Source: Malacoraja senta (lineage: Eukaryota). Taken from it: a stretch of DNA of 64,000 nt. The DNA is taken from assembly GCA_038087875.1 (NCBI GenBank), contig CM075994.1, positions 6,386,001 through 6,450,000 of the forward strand, written 5' to 3'. The translations under genes and the position numbers were made by a program. The notes under the pieces are model-generated. The model had not been told where the DNA came from and ran no database searches. It saw only the letters and a program-made list of their open reading frames with translations. Shown piece after piece: positions 25,569 to 37,445 of this stretch (its first letter is position 1; each line of letters opens with the position of its first letter).

Positions 25569-27235
25569 TGATTAAAAGTCTAAACTTGACAACTTCCTGT
25601 TTGCACTCTGTATTGATTTTAGATAAAAACGCTACCACTTACAGCTGTGATTTTTGGCCATCTTACTCAGTCCCCCTCCGCTCAATAGGTGCAGAGGATT
25701 TTTCCCGTCAATGAAAAATAAAAGTGTTATTAGTGTTTAAAATTTTTTGAGAATCTCTCTCCTGTCAATTCTGCAATGAAGGCCACGCCCCTTCCTGCGG
25801 GAGGGGGGAGGGATTATAAAACCCGGAAGTGTGCGTGTGGCTCAGTCTCTGCAAGATGGGAAGGGAGAGGTTATGACTCTGTCTGAGCTGTGAATCAACT
25901 GAACACACTGAATGTCTACTGAACTGAGTGTGATGTTTATGTGGTGTTTTGTGTGGTTTTATGGTGATTTCACCCTGCTTGAAATGGTATGAAACTGCAT
26001 CTGAATTTGGTGGCCTTGCACCCTGCATGAAATGGTATGAAACTGCATTAGAATTTGGTGGCATTGCACACTGCTTAAAATGGTATGAAACTGCACTTGA
26101 ATTTGGTGGCCTTGCACCCTGCTTGAAGTGGCAATAAACTGCACTTGAATTTGGTGGCCTTTCACCCTGCTTGAAGTGGCATGAAACTGCACTTGAATTT
26201 GGTGCCTTGCAACCTGCTTCGTGGCACGAAACTGCATTTGAATTTGGTGGCCATGCACCCTGCTTGAAGTGGCATGAAACTGCACTTGAATTTGGTGGCC
26301 TTGCACCCTGCTTGAAGTGGTATGAAACTGCACTTGAGTTTGGTGGACTTGGACCCTGCTTGAAGAGGTATGAAACTGCAATTGAATTTGGTGGACTTGA
26401 ACCCTGCTTGAAGTGGTATGAAACTGCACTTGAATTTGGTGGACTTGCACCCTGCATGAAGTGGTATGAAACTGCACTTGAATTAGGTGGCCTTGCACCC
26501 TGCTTGAGATGGTATGAAACTGCACTTGAATTAGGTGGCCTTGCACCCTGCTTGAGGTGGTATGAAACTGCACTTGAATTTGGTGGCCTTGCACCCTGCT
26601 TGAAGTGGTATGAAACTGCACTCGAATTCGTTGGCATTGCACCCTGATTCAAGTGGTATGAAACTGCACTTGAATGCAATGGCCTTGCACCCTGCTTGAA
26701 GTGGACGGAAACTGCACTTGAATTCGGTGGCCTTGCACCCTGTTTGAAGTGGTAGGAAGTGCACTTGAATTCGGTGGCCTTCCGCCCTGCTTGAAGTGAT
26801 ATGAAACTGCACTTGAATTTAGTGGCCTTGCACCCTGCTTGAAGTGGTAAGAAACTGCACTTGAATTTGGTGGCCTTGCACCCTACTTGAAATGGAAGGA
26901 AACTGCATTTGAATATGGTGGCCTTGCACCCTGCTTGAAATGGAATTTCAAGGAATAGCCATGAGTCAACTGCCAGCCCACCAGCCGTGAGTGAGCTGCC
27001 AGCACATCAGGCTTGAGTGACTGAGCTGCCACCCCAAGAATCCATTTGGCCCACAATATCCATACTAGCCCTCTGGAAACCTGTCCCTTCAGCCCACAAC
27101 ACCCATACTAGCGCTCCAGAAAGCCCCCCCCCCCACTGGCCACCAATATTTGAATTGGTGGAGAGGTGGAATATTGCGTTGGGGGACCAGCCGTCCCGTG
27201 TGAACATGGGACCGAACGGGTCCCACTTAGTCTAG
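25569..27235 (+). mobile_element. Non-autonomous Helitron-like element with an internal minisatellite
   Basis: 3' GC-rich hairpin GGGACC-GAACG-GGTCCC (27208-27224) followed 7 nt later by CTAG (27232-27235) and then T. No TIR or TSD. A second copy of the 5' part lies at 18726-19095. Confidence 0.75.
25972..26945. repeat. 48-bp minisatellite, about 20 copies, inside the Helitron-like element
   Basis: Unit gaaactgcacttgaatttggtggccttgcaccctgcttgaagtggtat. Confidence 0.95.
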
Positions 27236-27893
27236 TATATAACTAAAACTCTCATCTTGTTTGTTTGTGACTCTGCGTATGAGTGAGTGGGACCCCGGAA
27301 CAACGCCAAAATGGTACACGATAGCACTACGATTTTTGGACCACCTTACTCACAATTGTCATGTGGTGTGTTTTCAACAAGGTTCGTTCAGATTGATGTT
27401 ATATTTTACGTTAGTCGCATTTTTAACTTTACAAAATCCCAGTTTGAGAAAAAATTCTTCCATCTGCACACTGGCAGTTACAGCTATGACGTCACAATGG
27501 GACCCAAATTCTTGCTGGCCCTCCCTACAACAATGTTGCATTCACAGAACACTGAGTCCTGCCAGCAAGTTTTAAAAGTTTAAAAACAGGGAGGGGGAGG
27601 GAGTGCTGGGGGATGCAGGGGAAGTGCAATTGTATTCTTCTTTAAAGTCCTGACAGCAAGTGCAATTTGGAGGCTGAAGAGGAGGGGAGGGGGCAGTGCA
27701 GGGGCATAAGGGGAAATGAGCCGCCCCAGCGCAGTTGGGGGCTATGGATGAGTGGTGGAATATTGCTTTGGGGAACGGGTTGCGTTGGGGTAACGGGTGA
27801 GTGGTGGAATATTGCGTTGGGGGAATGGGTTGCGTTTGCGTTGGGGAACCAGGCCTCCCGTGTGACGGGGAAACAACGGATCCCACGGTCTGG
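27236..27893 (+). mobile_element. Second non-autonomous Helitron-like element, head-to-tail with the first
   Basis: Starts tatataactaaaactctcatcttg (similar to the aaaagtct.a.cttg start of the first). Shares the 3' ~70 bp (ggtggaatattgcgttgggg..cccgtgtga), with a degenerate hairpin and CTGG-T end. Confidence 0.62.
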
Positions 27894-27969
27894 TATGACA
27901 ATAAAACACTCTTGACGCACCGTGTGTCCGCACCCGTTCTCAATGGATCTCCCCGTCTGGGGGACTCAC

Positions 27970-28030
27970 TTTGTCTCCGCTTCGGCTTCACATTCAGACA
28001 CGCATAGACAATATCTTGCCCACCGAGCAC
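27970..28030 (-). CDS. Mucin-ITIM receptor gene, exon 6: cytoplasmic ITIM 2 (VLGGQDIVYACLNVKPKRRQ)
   Basis: Acceptor gtgcttgcttgtag, donor A|gtgagt. 61 nt, phase 0 to 1. IVYACL fits (I/V/L/S)xYxx(L/V). Confidence 0.72.
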
Positions 28031-28079
28031 CTACAAGCAAGCACAATTGAGACGGTGAAATACGGCTCTGTCGTGAACT

Positions 28080-28390
28080 GGCTCGCCGCTCCCGGTGGAG
28101 TTGCTGCCTCACAGTGCCAGAGACCCGGGTTCGATCCTGACAACGGGTGCTGCCTGTGCGGAGTTTGTCCGTTTCACCCTGTGACCTGCGTTGATTTTCT
28201 CCGGGTGCTCCGGTTTCCGCCCACAATCCAAAAGACGTACAGGTTTCTAAGTTGATTGGCTTCAGTACAGATTGTAACGTGTCCCTAGTGTGTGTAGGAT
28301 AGTGCTAGTGTGCGGGGATCGCTGGTCGGCGTGGACTCGGTGGGCCGAAGGGCCTGTTTTCGCGCTGTATCTCTAAAGTAAACTGAACTA
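28080..28390 (+). mobile_element. HE1/V-type SINE
   Basis: B-box GGTTCGATCC, central domain, tail gggccgaagggcctgtt..gctgtatctctaaa. Confidence 0.85.
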
Positions 28391-28464
28391 TACATGCACG
28401 CAGTAATGTTACATGGCAGCTTGGAATCTCGAGTATTGATTGGTCCCTAGATAGGAGGAGAATT

Positions 28465-28492
28465 CTGAAGAAGGGTCTCGACCCGAAACGTC
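28465..28492 (+). ncRNA. Minimal hammerhead ribozyme core (PLE pLTR)
   Basis: CTGAAGA-A-GGGTCTCGACCC-GAAA-CGTC, intact. Confidence 0.7.
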
Positions 28493-29843
28493 ACCCATTC
28501 CTTCTCTCCAGATATGCTGCCTGACTCCCTGAGTTACTCCAGCATTTCGTGTCTATCTTTGGACCCGTGACAGTTGACCCAGACGTGGATACAATGAGCT
28601 GCCAGAGGACGTGGTTGAGGCAGGTACAATAACAATATTGAAAAGGCATTAGGGCATGTGCATGGAAAGGAAATGTTTAGTTATGGGGCAAAAGTGGGTA
28701 TGTAGGAGCAGCTTAGATGGGGCCTGTCGGTTGGCGTGGACGATTTGGTCCGAGGGGAATAAATTTCTGTACTGTATGACTGTGACTCTATGGGCTTAAG
28801 GACCTGTTTCTTTGCCGCGTGATGCCATTGTAATGCAGCACCAGTATCGCGTCAACATTGGAAACATTGAATCGCTGCAATAGCGCAACACATCATTCTC
28901 CACATTCACGCTGGAGACAATGTGTTACTCCCCATCCCCCTCCCCCTCTCTCCCTTCCTCCCTCTATCACCCCGCCCCCCTCCCACTCTCCCTGTCCTCT
29001 CCCCCCCTGTCTTTCAAACCATTTCCTCAGCTCTCCACGTTGTACCACTCTTGAGATCACTCTTCGCCATGTCAGCAATAGGCCCACCAGTGCACCACAC
29101 TGCCTGAGGTCATCTGTGGCCGGTCTTGCTCTGTCCTGATCTTCTCTCGCCCCCAGCTCTGCACCCACCCCACTCCTCTCCCCCTATGCCCCATCCTCCT
29201 ACACCCTCCGCCCCCTCCCACATCCGTTCTTTCTGAAGGACACAGAAAAATAAATCTGAACAAGTGCGCCGACTCGAACGTGACCCACTCACATCCTCTA
29301 GAGATGCTGCCTGACCCACTGAGTTACAGGAGTGCTGCGTTTCTCCAGGACTTTGTATTAGAAAAGTTGCCCTGAATTAGAAGAGGATTGGGAAACTTTC
29401 ATAGGAATTAGAAGAGGCCCATCAGGAGTTAGAAGAGGCCCATCAGTTAACAATTCTCTTTCACTCACTCCCGGGCTATCGTTACCATTACTAGGTAGGA
29501 TAGACTACAACATCCATTAAGCTCTGAACTACATATTGTTGTTATTCCACTATTATTGCTTTTTGTTTTTACGTGTACCCATGTGTGTGTGTGTGTGTAT
29601 GTGTGTGTGCGAGTGTATGTGCGCGTGTGCGTGTGTTTGCGCACGTGTGTATGTGTGAGTTTGTGTATGTATACACACACTGAAATTACTTTTTCTCGTA
29701 TATTCTATTGTTTACAGTGTACTATGTTTACACATTCTGTTGTGCTACTGCAAGTAAGAATTTAATAGTTCTACCTGGGACATAAGACAATAAAACCCCC
29801 TTGACTCTTGGTCGCCAATTGTAAAAATGTTTGCTATTGGTAC

Positions 29844-29996
29844 CTTCTCCTGCTCTTCCGCAAACTGCCCGCGCGTCGATACCGGGTCTCCCAGTGAATC
29901 TTCGTGTGAATCCTCCCCGTCTCCCGAAGTCTCTCTCCGTGTCCCCGCTGGTTTCACATTTAGGCTCGCGTAGATGATAGTTTGTCCCCGGGGCAG
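29844..29996 (-). CDS. Mucin-ITIM receptor gene, exon 5: cytoplasmic ITIM 1 (LPRGQTIIYASLNVKP...AEEQEK)
   Basis: Acceptor ttctctttccttgcag, donor AAG|gtacca. 153 nt, phase 0 to 0, open. IIYASL is an ITIM. Confidence 0.72.
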
Positions 29997-30414
29997 CTGC
30001 AAGGAAAGAGAATTGAGACGGCCAAACGCCGTGTTGATATTTCAGCACCACAACAGACCTGAATTAACATTGAACAATACTCTTACAACATTACATATAT
30101 ATCACACCGCACTCCGAGCAGCAGAATTATCAACGTGGACGTTGGGATAAACAGGACAATGCAGAACAATATTTCTACCCTGAGTATTTTTTCACGGTTT
30201 CATTTAAACTTCGCACAGTATTTACATCTCAACACCATCACGGCACAGTGGCGCAGTGGCACAGCTGGTGGAGCCGCTGTCTCACATCGTCAGGGACGCA
30301 GGTGCGATTCTGACCTAGGGTGTTGTCTGCGTGTCGACTTTGTACGTTCTCCATGGCGTGTTGTGTTTTCTCCATGTGTTCTTGTTTCCTCCTACATTCC
30401 AAATGACCCTCTGT

Positions 30415-30870
30415 AGAGTATGGAAGCGGTACACATAGCTCGGTTTGCATTGATGGTGCCGAAGTAGACATGGTCGAAAACTTCAAATTCCTCGGAGTCA
30501 TTATCAACGACAACCTCTCCTGGACCACCCAGATTGCAGCAACGACCAAGAAGGCACAGCGACGCTTTACTTCCTTAGAAGACTTAGGAAGCTTGGTATG
30601 TGAACTGCAATTCACACCAACTTCTACAAATGCACCATAGAAAGCATTTTATCAGGATGCATCAAAGCCTGGTTTGGAAACAGCTCCATCCAGGACCGTA
30701 AGAAATTGCCGCGAATTGCGGACACAGCCCAGGCCATCACACAAACCAAACTCCCTTCTATTGATTCCAGCAGCATAATCAAAGACGAGTCGCACCCCGG
30801 CCATTCCCTCTTCTCCCCTCTCCCATCAGGCAAAAGGTTTAGAAGTGTGAAAACGCACACCTCCAGAATC
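30415..30870 (+). mobile_element. Rex1/Babar LINE 3' fragment
   Basis: VENFKFLGVIINDNLSWTT..KKAQRR.YFLRRL. Confidence 0.82.
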
Positions 30871-30954
30871 AGCCCCCCACCCGCCGCAACCGCGCGTTGA
30901 GGGGACGGGACCCAGAGGCTCCCACTTGGTCTATATCTCTCTAAACCTATACTA

Positions 30955-32850
30955 CCAGGTTAATTCCCAGGATGGCGGGACTAACATATAATGAAAAAAT
31001 GGGTCGACTGGGGGAGTCACTTAAATTTAGACGGATGAAAGGGGATCTTATAGAAACATATACAATTCTTAAGGGATAGGACAGGCTAGACGCAGGAAAT
31101 ATGTTCCCGGTGTTGTGGGGTCCAGAACCAAGGGTCGGTTTAAGAATAGGGTGTAGGTCATTTAGCACTGAGATGAGGAAAAATCTTTTCACCCAGAGAA
31201 TTGTGCACATGTGGAATTCTCTGCCACAGAAAGGGCAGTGGACGCCAATTCACTGGATGTTTTCAAGCTACAATTAGATATAGCTCTTCGGGCTAACGGA
31301 ATCAAGGGATAATGGGAAAAAGCAGGAATGGGGTACTGATTTTGGATGATCAGCCATGATCATATTGAATGGCGGAGCTGGCTTGAAGGACCGAATGTCC
31401 TACTTCTGCACCTATTTTCTATGTTTCAATCTATCCACTGTAAATGGATCAATTGTAATCATGTTTTGATTTTCTGCTGACTGGTTAGTACTCAACAAAA
31501 AAAGCTTTTCACTGTGCCTCGGTACACGTGACAATAAACTAAACTGAACGGAACTGAGATTGTCTCTACTGTGTAGGTTAGAACTAGCGTGAATGGATGA
31601 TCGCTGATCGGCGTGGTTTCGGTGATTGGAAGGGCCTGTTTCCTGCCATGCTGTATCTCTTAAACCTCTAGTTCGGTAAACTGAACGAGCTTAAAGAACG
31701 AACTGAAAATGACAAGTACCTCGCTGTTCGATCGTGGAATAAAGTCAAAGGACCCATCAAAGCAGCTCGAATCCGTACAGGCGCCTGAAAATGGAAATAG
31801 AAACCAAGAAAATAGGTGCAGAATTATGCCATTCGGTCCTTTAAGCCAGCGGCCATTCAATATGATCATGGCTGATCATTGAAAATCAGTACCCTGGTCC
31901 TGCTTTCTCCCCATATCCCTTGATTCCATTAGCCCCAAGAGCGATATCTAACTCTATTGAAAACATCCAGTGAATTGGATTCACAACAGTCTGGGTTTTT
32001 CCTCATCTCGATCCTAAATGCCCCACCCCTTATTCTTAAACTGTGACCTCTGGTTTTCGACTCCCCCAACATCGGGAACATTTTTCCTGCAACTAGCCTA
32101 TCCAACCCCTTAATAATGTTATTTGTTTCTATAAGATACCCTCTCATCCTTCTAAATTCCAGTGAATACTAGCCCAGTCGATCCGTTCTTTCATCATATG
32201 TCAGTCCCGCCATCCCGGGAATTAACCTGGTGAACCTACTGAGACTCTGTTGGGGTTCACTAGGGCCATGTACAACTGCAGAGGGATATTCTTGTTCCTC
32301 TGCTTCAATCCTCTCGCTATGAAGGCCAACGTGCCATTTGCTTTCTTCACTGCCTGCTATACCTGCATGCTTACTTTCAATGACTGATGTACAAGGACAC
32401 TCAAGTCTCGTTGCACTTCCCCTTTTCCTAATCTGACACCATTCAGATAATAGCCTGCCTTCTTGTTCTTGCCACCAAAGTGGATAACCTCACATTTATC
32501 CACATTATACTGCATCTGCCAATCATCTGCCCACTCACCAAACCCATCCAAGTCACAGTGCAGCCTCAAAGCATCTTCCTCGAAGCTCACCCTGCAACCC
32601 AGCTTTGTGTCATCCGCAAGCTTGGAGATGTTACATTTAAGTCCTTCGACTAAATCGATTATAATTTGTAAATAACTGGGGTCCCAGCACTGAGCCTTGC
32701 GGCACTGCCTGCCATTCTGAAAATTGACCCGTTAATTCCTACTCTTTGCACCCTGTCTACCAACCAGCTCCCTATCCATGTCAATGCCTTACCTCCAATA
32801 CCATGTGCTCTAATATTGCACACCAATCTCTTGTGTGGGATTGGAATGGA
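30955..32850. mobile_element. Degenerate CR1 3' fragments on both strands, with a Rex1 tail
   Basis: RT C-terminal remnants and ctattttctatgtttc tails: plus strand 30955-31427, minus strand 31800-32850. Confidence 0.8.
31720..31784 (-). CDS. Mucin-ITIM receptor gene, exon 4: juxtamembrane cytoplasmic (GACTDSSCFDGSFDFIPRSNSE)
   Basis: Acceptor tttctatttccattttcag, donor GAG|gtactt. 65 nt, phase 1 to 0, which bridges the TM exon to ITIM exon 5. Unique sequence between repeats. Confidence 0.58.
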
Positions 32851-34054
32851 ACTGGTATACAAGCGAACTCTTTAAAATTAACCACGCTGGACATTCATAT
32901 ATCAGGGCGGCACGGTTGCTCAGCGATAGATTTGCTTCCTTACAGCGCCAGAAACCAGGGTTCGATCCTGACTACGGGTGCTGTTTGTATGGAGTTTGTA
33001 CGTTCTTCCCGTGAGATGCGTGGGTTTTCTCCGGGTACTCCAGTTTCCTCCCACACTCCAAAGAAACTAAAGGTTTGTTGGATAATTGGCTGGGTATAAT
33101 TGTAACTTACCCCTAGTGTATGTATGGTCTGTTTCCGTGCTGTATCTCTAAACTAAATCTGTAACCGTTAGATCAATTAATCTCGGCACCATTTAAACAG
33201 CTCAAATCGAAATCAACTCGTTTATATTGTAATGAACAGGGGGTTAGGCTCAGAACAACGATTTACGATTTCAATTGCGAACATTAAATTAAGCTCAATG
33301 ATTTCAGATTATAGTGAAATAGATTAGATTGAAATCAGCCGTTTTATGTTAAAGGAAGTTAGAATGAAGTTAATGTTTCGATGTTCAAATGAAATCGGAG
33401 AAGATTATAATCAGTGGTAATTAAATAACAATTAGACGCCCCATTCGTTTTAGATGATATAATGGAAATTAGAATGAAATTTATTATTTCGTACTGCAAT
33501 TAAGCAGGGAGCAGATTTGCGAGGCAGGATGGTAGCTTACATTAAACATAAAATCCCGATAATTCAGAATGTTATATGGGACACGAGTCACACAGCATGG
33601 AAACAGGCCCTTAGGCCCAACTTGCCCACACAGATCAACATGCCCCATCTGCACTAGACCCACTTCCTGCTTTTGGCCCATATCTTCAGTCTGAAGAAGG
33701 GCCTCGACCCGAATCGTCACCCATTCCTTCTATCCAGAGGTGCTGCCTGTCCCGCTGAGTTACTCACTGATTTACTCCAATATTTCGTGTACCTCTAAAC
33801 CAATCCTATCCATGTACCTGTCTAAATGTTCAACTTTGCGATCGTACCTTTGGAGATACAGGACGAAAACAGACCCACCGAGTCCGCACCGACCAGCGAT
33901 CCCCGCACATGCGGGGTAATTTGCATTTATACCAAGCCAGTTAACCTACAAACCTGTACGTCTTCGGAGGGAGAAAACCGAAGATCACGGAGAAAACCCA
34001 CGCGTTCACGGGGAGAACGTACAAACTCCGTACAGACACCACCCGTAGTGGGGA

Positions 34055-34628
34055 TTTGTATAAGACGTTGGTGAGACCGCATTTAGAATATCGTGTTCAG
34101 TTCTGGCCACCATGTTATTCAAAATAAATTGTCAATCTAGAAAAGGTGCAGAGAAGGTTTACAAGGATGGTGCCAGGGCTAGAACTCAGGGTTGGGACTC
34201 TATTCCTTGGAGCTCAGGAGGATGAAGGGTGATTTTATTGAGGTGTATAAAATCATGAGAGGAACATATCGGGTAGATGCGCACAGTCTCTTGACCAGAG
34301 TAGGTGAATCGTGGACCAGAGGGACATAGGTTTAAGGAGAAGGGGAACAGATTTAATAGAAATCCGAGTGGTAACGTTTTCACACAAAGGGTGGTGGGAG
34401 TATGAAAAAAACGACCAGTGGTGGTAGTTGAGGCAGGGGTTATATCAACATTTAAGAAACAGTTAGACAGGTACATGGATTTGGACAGGTTTGGAGGGAT
34501 GTGGATCAAACGCAAGCAGGTAGGACTAGTGTAGATGGGGCATGTTGGTCAGTGTGGACAAGTTGGGCTGAACGGCCTGTTTCCACAATATATCACTCCA
34601 TGACTCTATAACTCTATGACTCTATGAC
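34055..34628 (+). mobile_element. CR1 (HER1-like) 3' end
   Basis: [10 protein letters not shown]; tail gggctgaacggcctgtttcc..(gactctat)n, shared with the SINE tails. Confidence 0.82.
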
Positions 34629-34805
34629 TTCTATCAAGTCTCCCCTCAAACTCCGATGTTCCAGGAAATATTCCTGAGAGAACTCAACTCACACAGTGCG
34701 CTCGCATCTGAAAAACCCGGGCAGTTACCAATCATCGAATAATCCTTTGACCGGCCCCTTGCCCGATATCTAAGGAACACCTCTGGAAGGCGCTCAGTCA
34801 CTCAC

Positions 34806-34928
34806 CGGTCCCATTTTTAACCAGGTACAGGCAGGACAACGCGGCGATCCCGAACACAAGTCCAAGCGCGGCGGCGATCAAAATGTCACTTCCAGAGAGC
34901 GAGGGGCAATTCGCTCCGCTGTCACCAT
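34806..34928 (-). CDS. Mucin-ITIM receptor gene, exon 3: transmembrane (DGDSGANCPSLSGSDILIAAALGLVFGIAALSCLYLVKNGT)
   Basis: Acceptor caactctttctgatag, donor G|gtgagt. 123 nt, phase 1 to 1. 22-residue hydrophobic helix followed by K. Confidence 0.85.
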
Positions 34929-35659
34929 CTATCAGAAAGAGTTGTTACAACACGGTTCGCCGGTAAACCTCTACATTTGGTCTGTTGACCGTTGGCCCGG
35001 GTTCATATGTGTGAAACATGCCCAGAGTATAGTGAGCGGGTGGGGGGCCCGACTGGAAAATTGTCACAGTGGCGTATCGGTAAAGTTGCTGCCTCATAGA
35101 GCCAGAACTAGTGTACCGACCAGAACTACGATCGCTGGTCGGCGTAGACTCCACACCGGGGAAGGATGCAATAGGAATCTGAGGGGTAACTTTTTCACAC
35201 AAAGGGTAATGGGTGTATGGAACAAGCTGCCGGAGGAGGTAGTTGAGGCAGGTACTATCGCAACGTTTAAGAAACGTTTAGACAGGTACATGATAAGTTA
35301 AGTTTAAAGGGTTATGGGCCGAACGCAGGCAGGTAAGACATATTGGCCGGTATGGGCAAGTTGGGCCGAAGGATCTTTCTCCACGCTGTGTGACTATGAC
35401 TCCTTGACAATCTCCTTTGAACTTTGCTCCTCTGAATGAACAGTCTAGTCTAGTCTTTGACATTTCCACCCTGAAAAAATGGTTCTGACTGTCCACCCCC
35501 TCTATGCGTATCATAATGTTGCATACTTCGATCAGGTCTGGTCGAATGTAGAGCGATGGACACGATTTAGTAGCGAGGACGGTGATTGAAGGCTACGCTT
35601 TTCCTCACGAAACCGCAGCGAGAGCATGAGACCTGCACACTTGACAGCAAGACTCACAA

Positions 35660-35820
35660 CTAAAGATTCAAAGTTAGGTTATCTACCAACAGACAGTTCG
35701 CGGACTCAGCTTAATGCAAGTCGATGACTTGGACCAAGTCACTTGGACCAAGTCACCGACTTGTATTAAGCTGAGCCCGCGGGCTGTCAGTGGATAGATG
35801 ACCTATCTTTGAATCTCTAG
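35660..35820. mobile_element. Fold-back (palindromic) MITE-like element, 161 bp
   Basis: Left arm ctaaagattcaaagttaggttatcta..gacttgg pairs imperfectly along its whole length with the right arm (revcomp ctagagattcaaagataggtcatcta..gacttgg). Confidence 0.75.
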
Positions 35821-36069
35821 CATCAGAGGTGAAATGCCTGTGAGAGTGGGCGACCTGCCGGCGCCCGCACCTCCCCCATACTCCGCCAAGGCCAGTGTCA
35901 CACGGCATCGGCCTGAATGTGAGACATCTGTTGTTTCCTCCCCAAATTTACTGCAGCCGAGCAGGCGGCCATTTGGCCCACAGGGTCGCTGCTGGCCCGT
36001 GGGGGGGGGTGGAGTGGAATCAATTAGTCGCTATGACCTCTTGTCCTAGACCCTCCCACTAGTTTCTAC

Positions 36070-36207
36070 CTGTGGATTTGGTCAGACTGCTCCATGATGT
36101 ATCGGTTATGTATGTTGTATTCATAACTGTGGTCTCCGTCGCCGTTCTTGCTCCGCTGGCTGTCTCCATTTTATCCGTCGGCGCCGATATCACCAGGACA
36201 CCAAATG
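36070..36207 (-). CDS. Mucin-ITIM receptor gene, exon 2: end of signal peptide plus Ser/Thr-rich ectodomain (TFGVLVISAPTDKMETASGARTATETTVMNTTYITDTSWSSLTKST)
   Basis: Acceptor acatttgtttag, donor G|gtagaa. 138 nt, phase 1 to 1, open. N-glycosylation sequon NTT. Confidence 0.82.
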
Positions 36208-36802
36208 CTAAACAAATGTCATGTGAAAATAAGAGGGGAAATTCAACGCCATGTTCAACTCAAGCGACTACAAACAGATTCATATTCTCTCACCAACTGG
36301 TTTATAGGTTAATTGGCTTCGGTAAAATTGTAAAATTGTCCTTAGTGTTTGTAGGATAGTGTTAATGTGTGGGGTCGCCGGATCGCCGGTCGGCGCGGAC
36401 TCGGTCGCGCTGTATCTCCAAACTAAACTAAACTAAACTAAATTATTCTCAACTCTTGTCCGCGGGAGGCAGATCCGTATTTTCACCGCTATTTGGGCAA
36501 GGGCATTTTCCTCTTCTATCTTCCATATTCTTCAAGTTCAGATGAGTAAAGTTTAAAGGAGATGTGCGGGGCATGGTTTCTATACTCATAGAATGGTGGG
36601 GCCATGGAACGCGCTGTCAGATTAGGTGGTATCGAGTTAGTGGCATTTAAGAGGCTTTTATATAGGCAAATGGATATACAGATGGCGGGGGATGGGGGGG
36701 GGGGGCATGGACCATGTACATGTAGAGGGTATTAATTTATCTTGGCATCATTTTCGGCACGGAAAGTATGGGCACAACGGCCTGCTCCTATGCTTTATTG
36801 TT

Positions 36803-37445
36803 CAGCAGACGCAGAAGGCTAGAGTAATTCAGCGGGACAGGCAGCATCTCTGGAGAGAAGGAATGGGCGACGTTTCGGATCTGAAGAAGGGTCTCGACCC
36901 GAAACATCATCCATTGCTCCTTCTCTCAGGAGATGCTGCCTGTCCCGCTGAGTTACTCCAGCATTTTGTGTCTATCGCCGAAGGACAGAAAGTGCTGGAG
37001 TAACTCAGTGGGTCAGGCATGATCCCTGGAGAAAACGGATAGGTAACGTTTCGGGTCGGGTCTCAAGAAGGGCCTCGACCCGAACCATCACCTATTCACC
37101 TTCTCCAAAGATGCTGCCTGACCCGCTGAGTTACTCCAGCATTTTGTGTCATTTTTGTGTATTAACCAGCATCTTCTTGTCTTTGTTTCCACTGTAAAAC
37201 GGAGACACAAATGACTGCAGTTGCTGGGATCCTGAGCAAGAATACAAAGTGCTAGAGGAACTCAGCGGGTCAGCCACTATCTGAGGAGGGAAATTTCTCC
37301 ATCACTTTGTTCTTTGCTTCTTCAGACAAGAAGGGAATCGACCCGAAACATCGCCCATTCCTTCTCTCCAGAGATGCTGCCTGTCCCGCTGAGTTACTCC
37401 AGCATTTTGTCTCTCTCTCTCTTCGGTGTAAGCATCTGCAGTTCC
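36803..37445. repeat. Three consecutive inverted pairs of PLE pLTR / hammerhead modules
   Basis: Minus copy then plus copy at about 36820/36881, 36991/37074 and 37231/37321. Confidence 0.8.

Noticed and set aside
25765-26812. Long ORFs of 304, 227 and 158 aa
   Set aside because: They are translations of the 48-bp minisatellite, open on both strands, with no splice or start context.
36072-36359. Hydrophobic plus-strand ORF (MDLVRLL...VVSVAVLAPLAVSIL)
   Set aside because: It is the antisense shadow of the Thr-rich minus-strand exon and has no splice signals on the plus strand.
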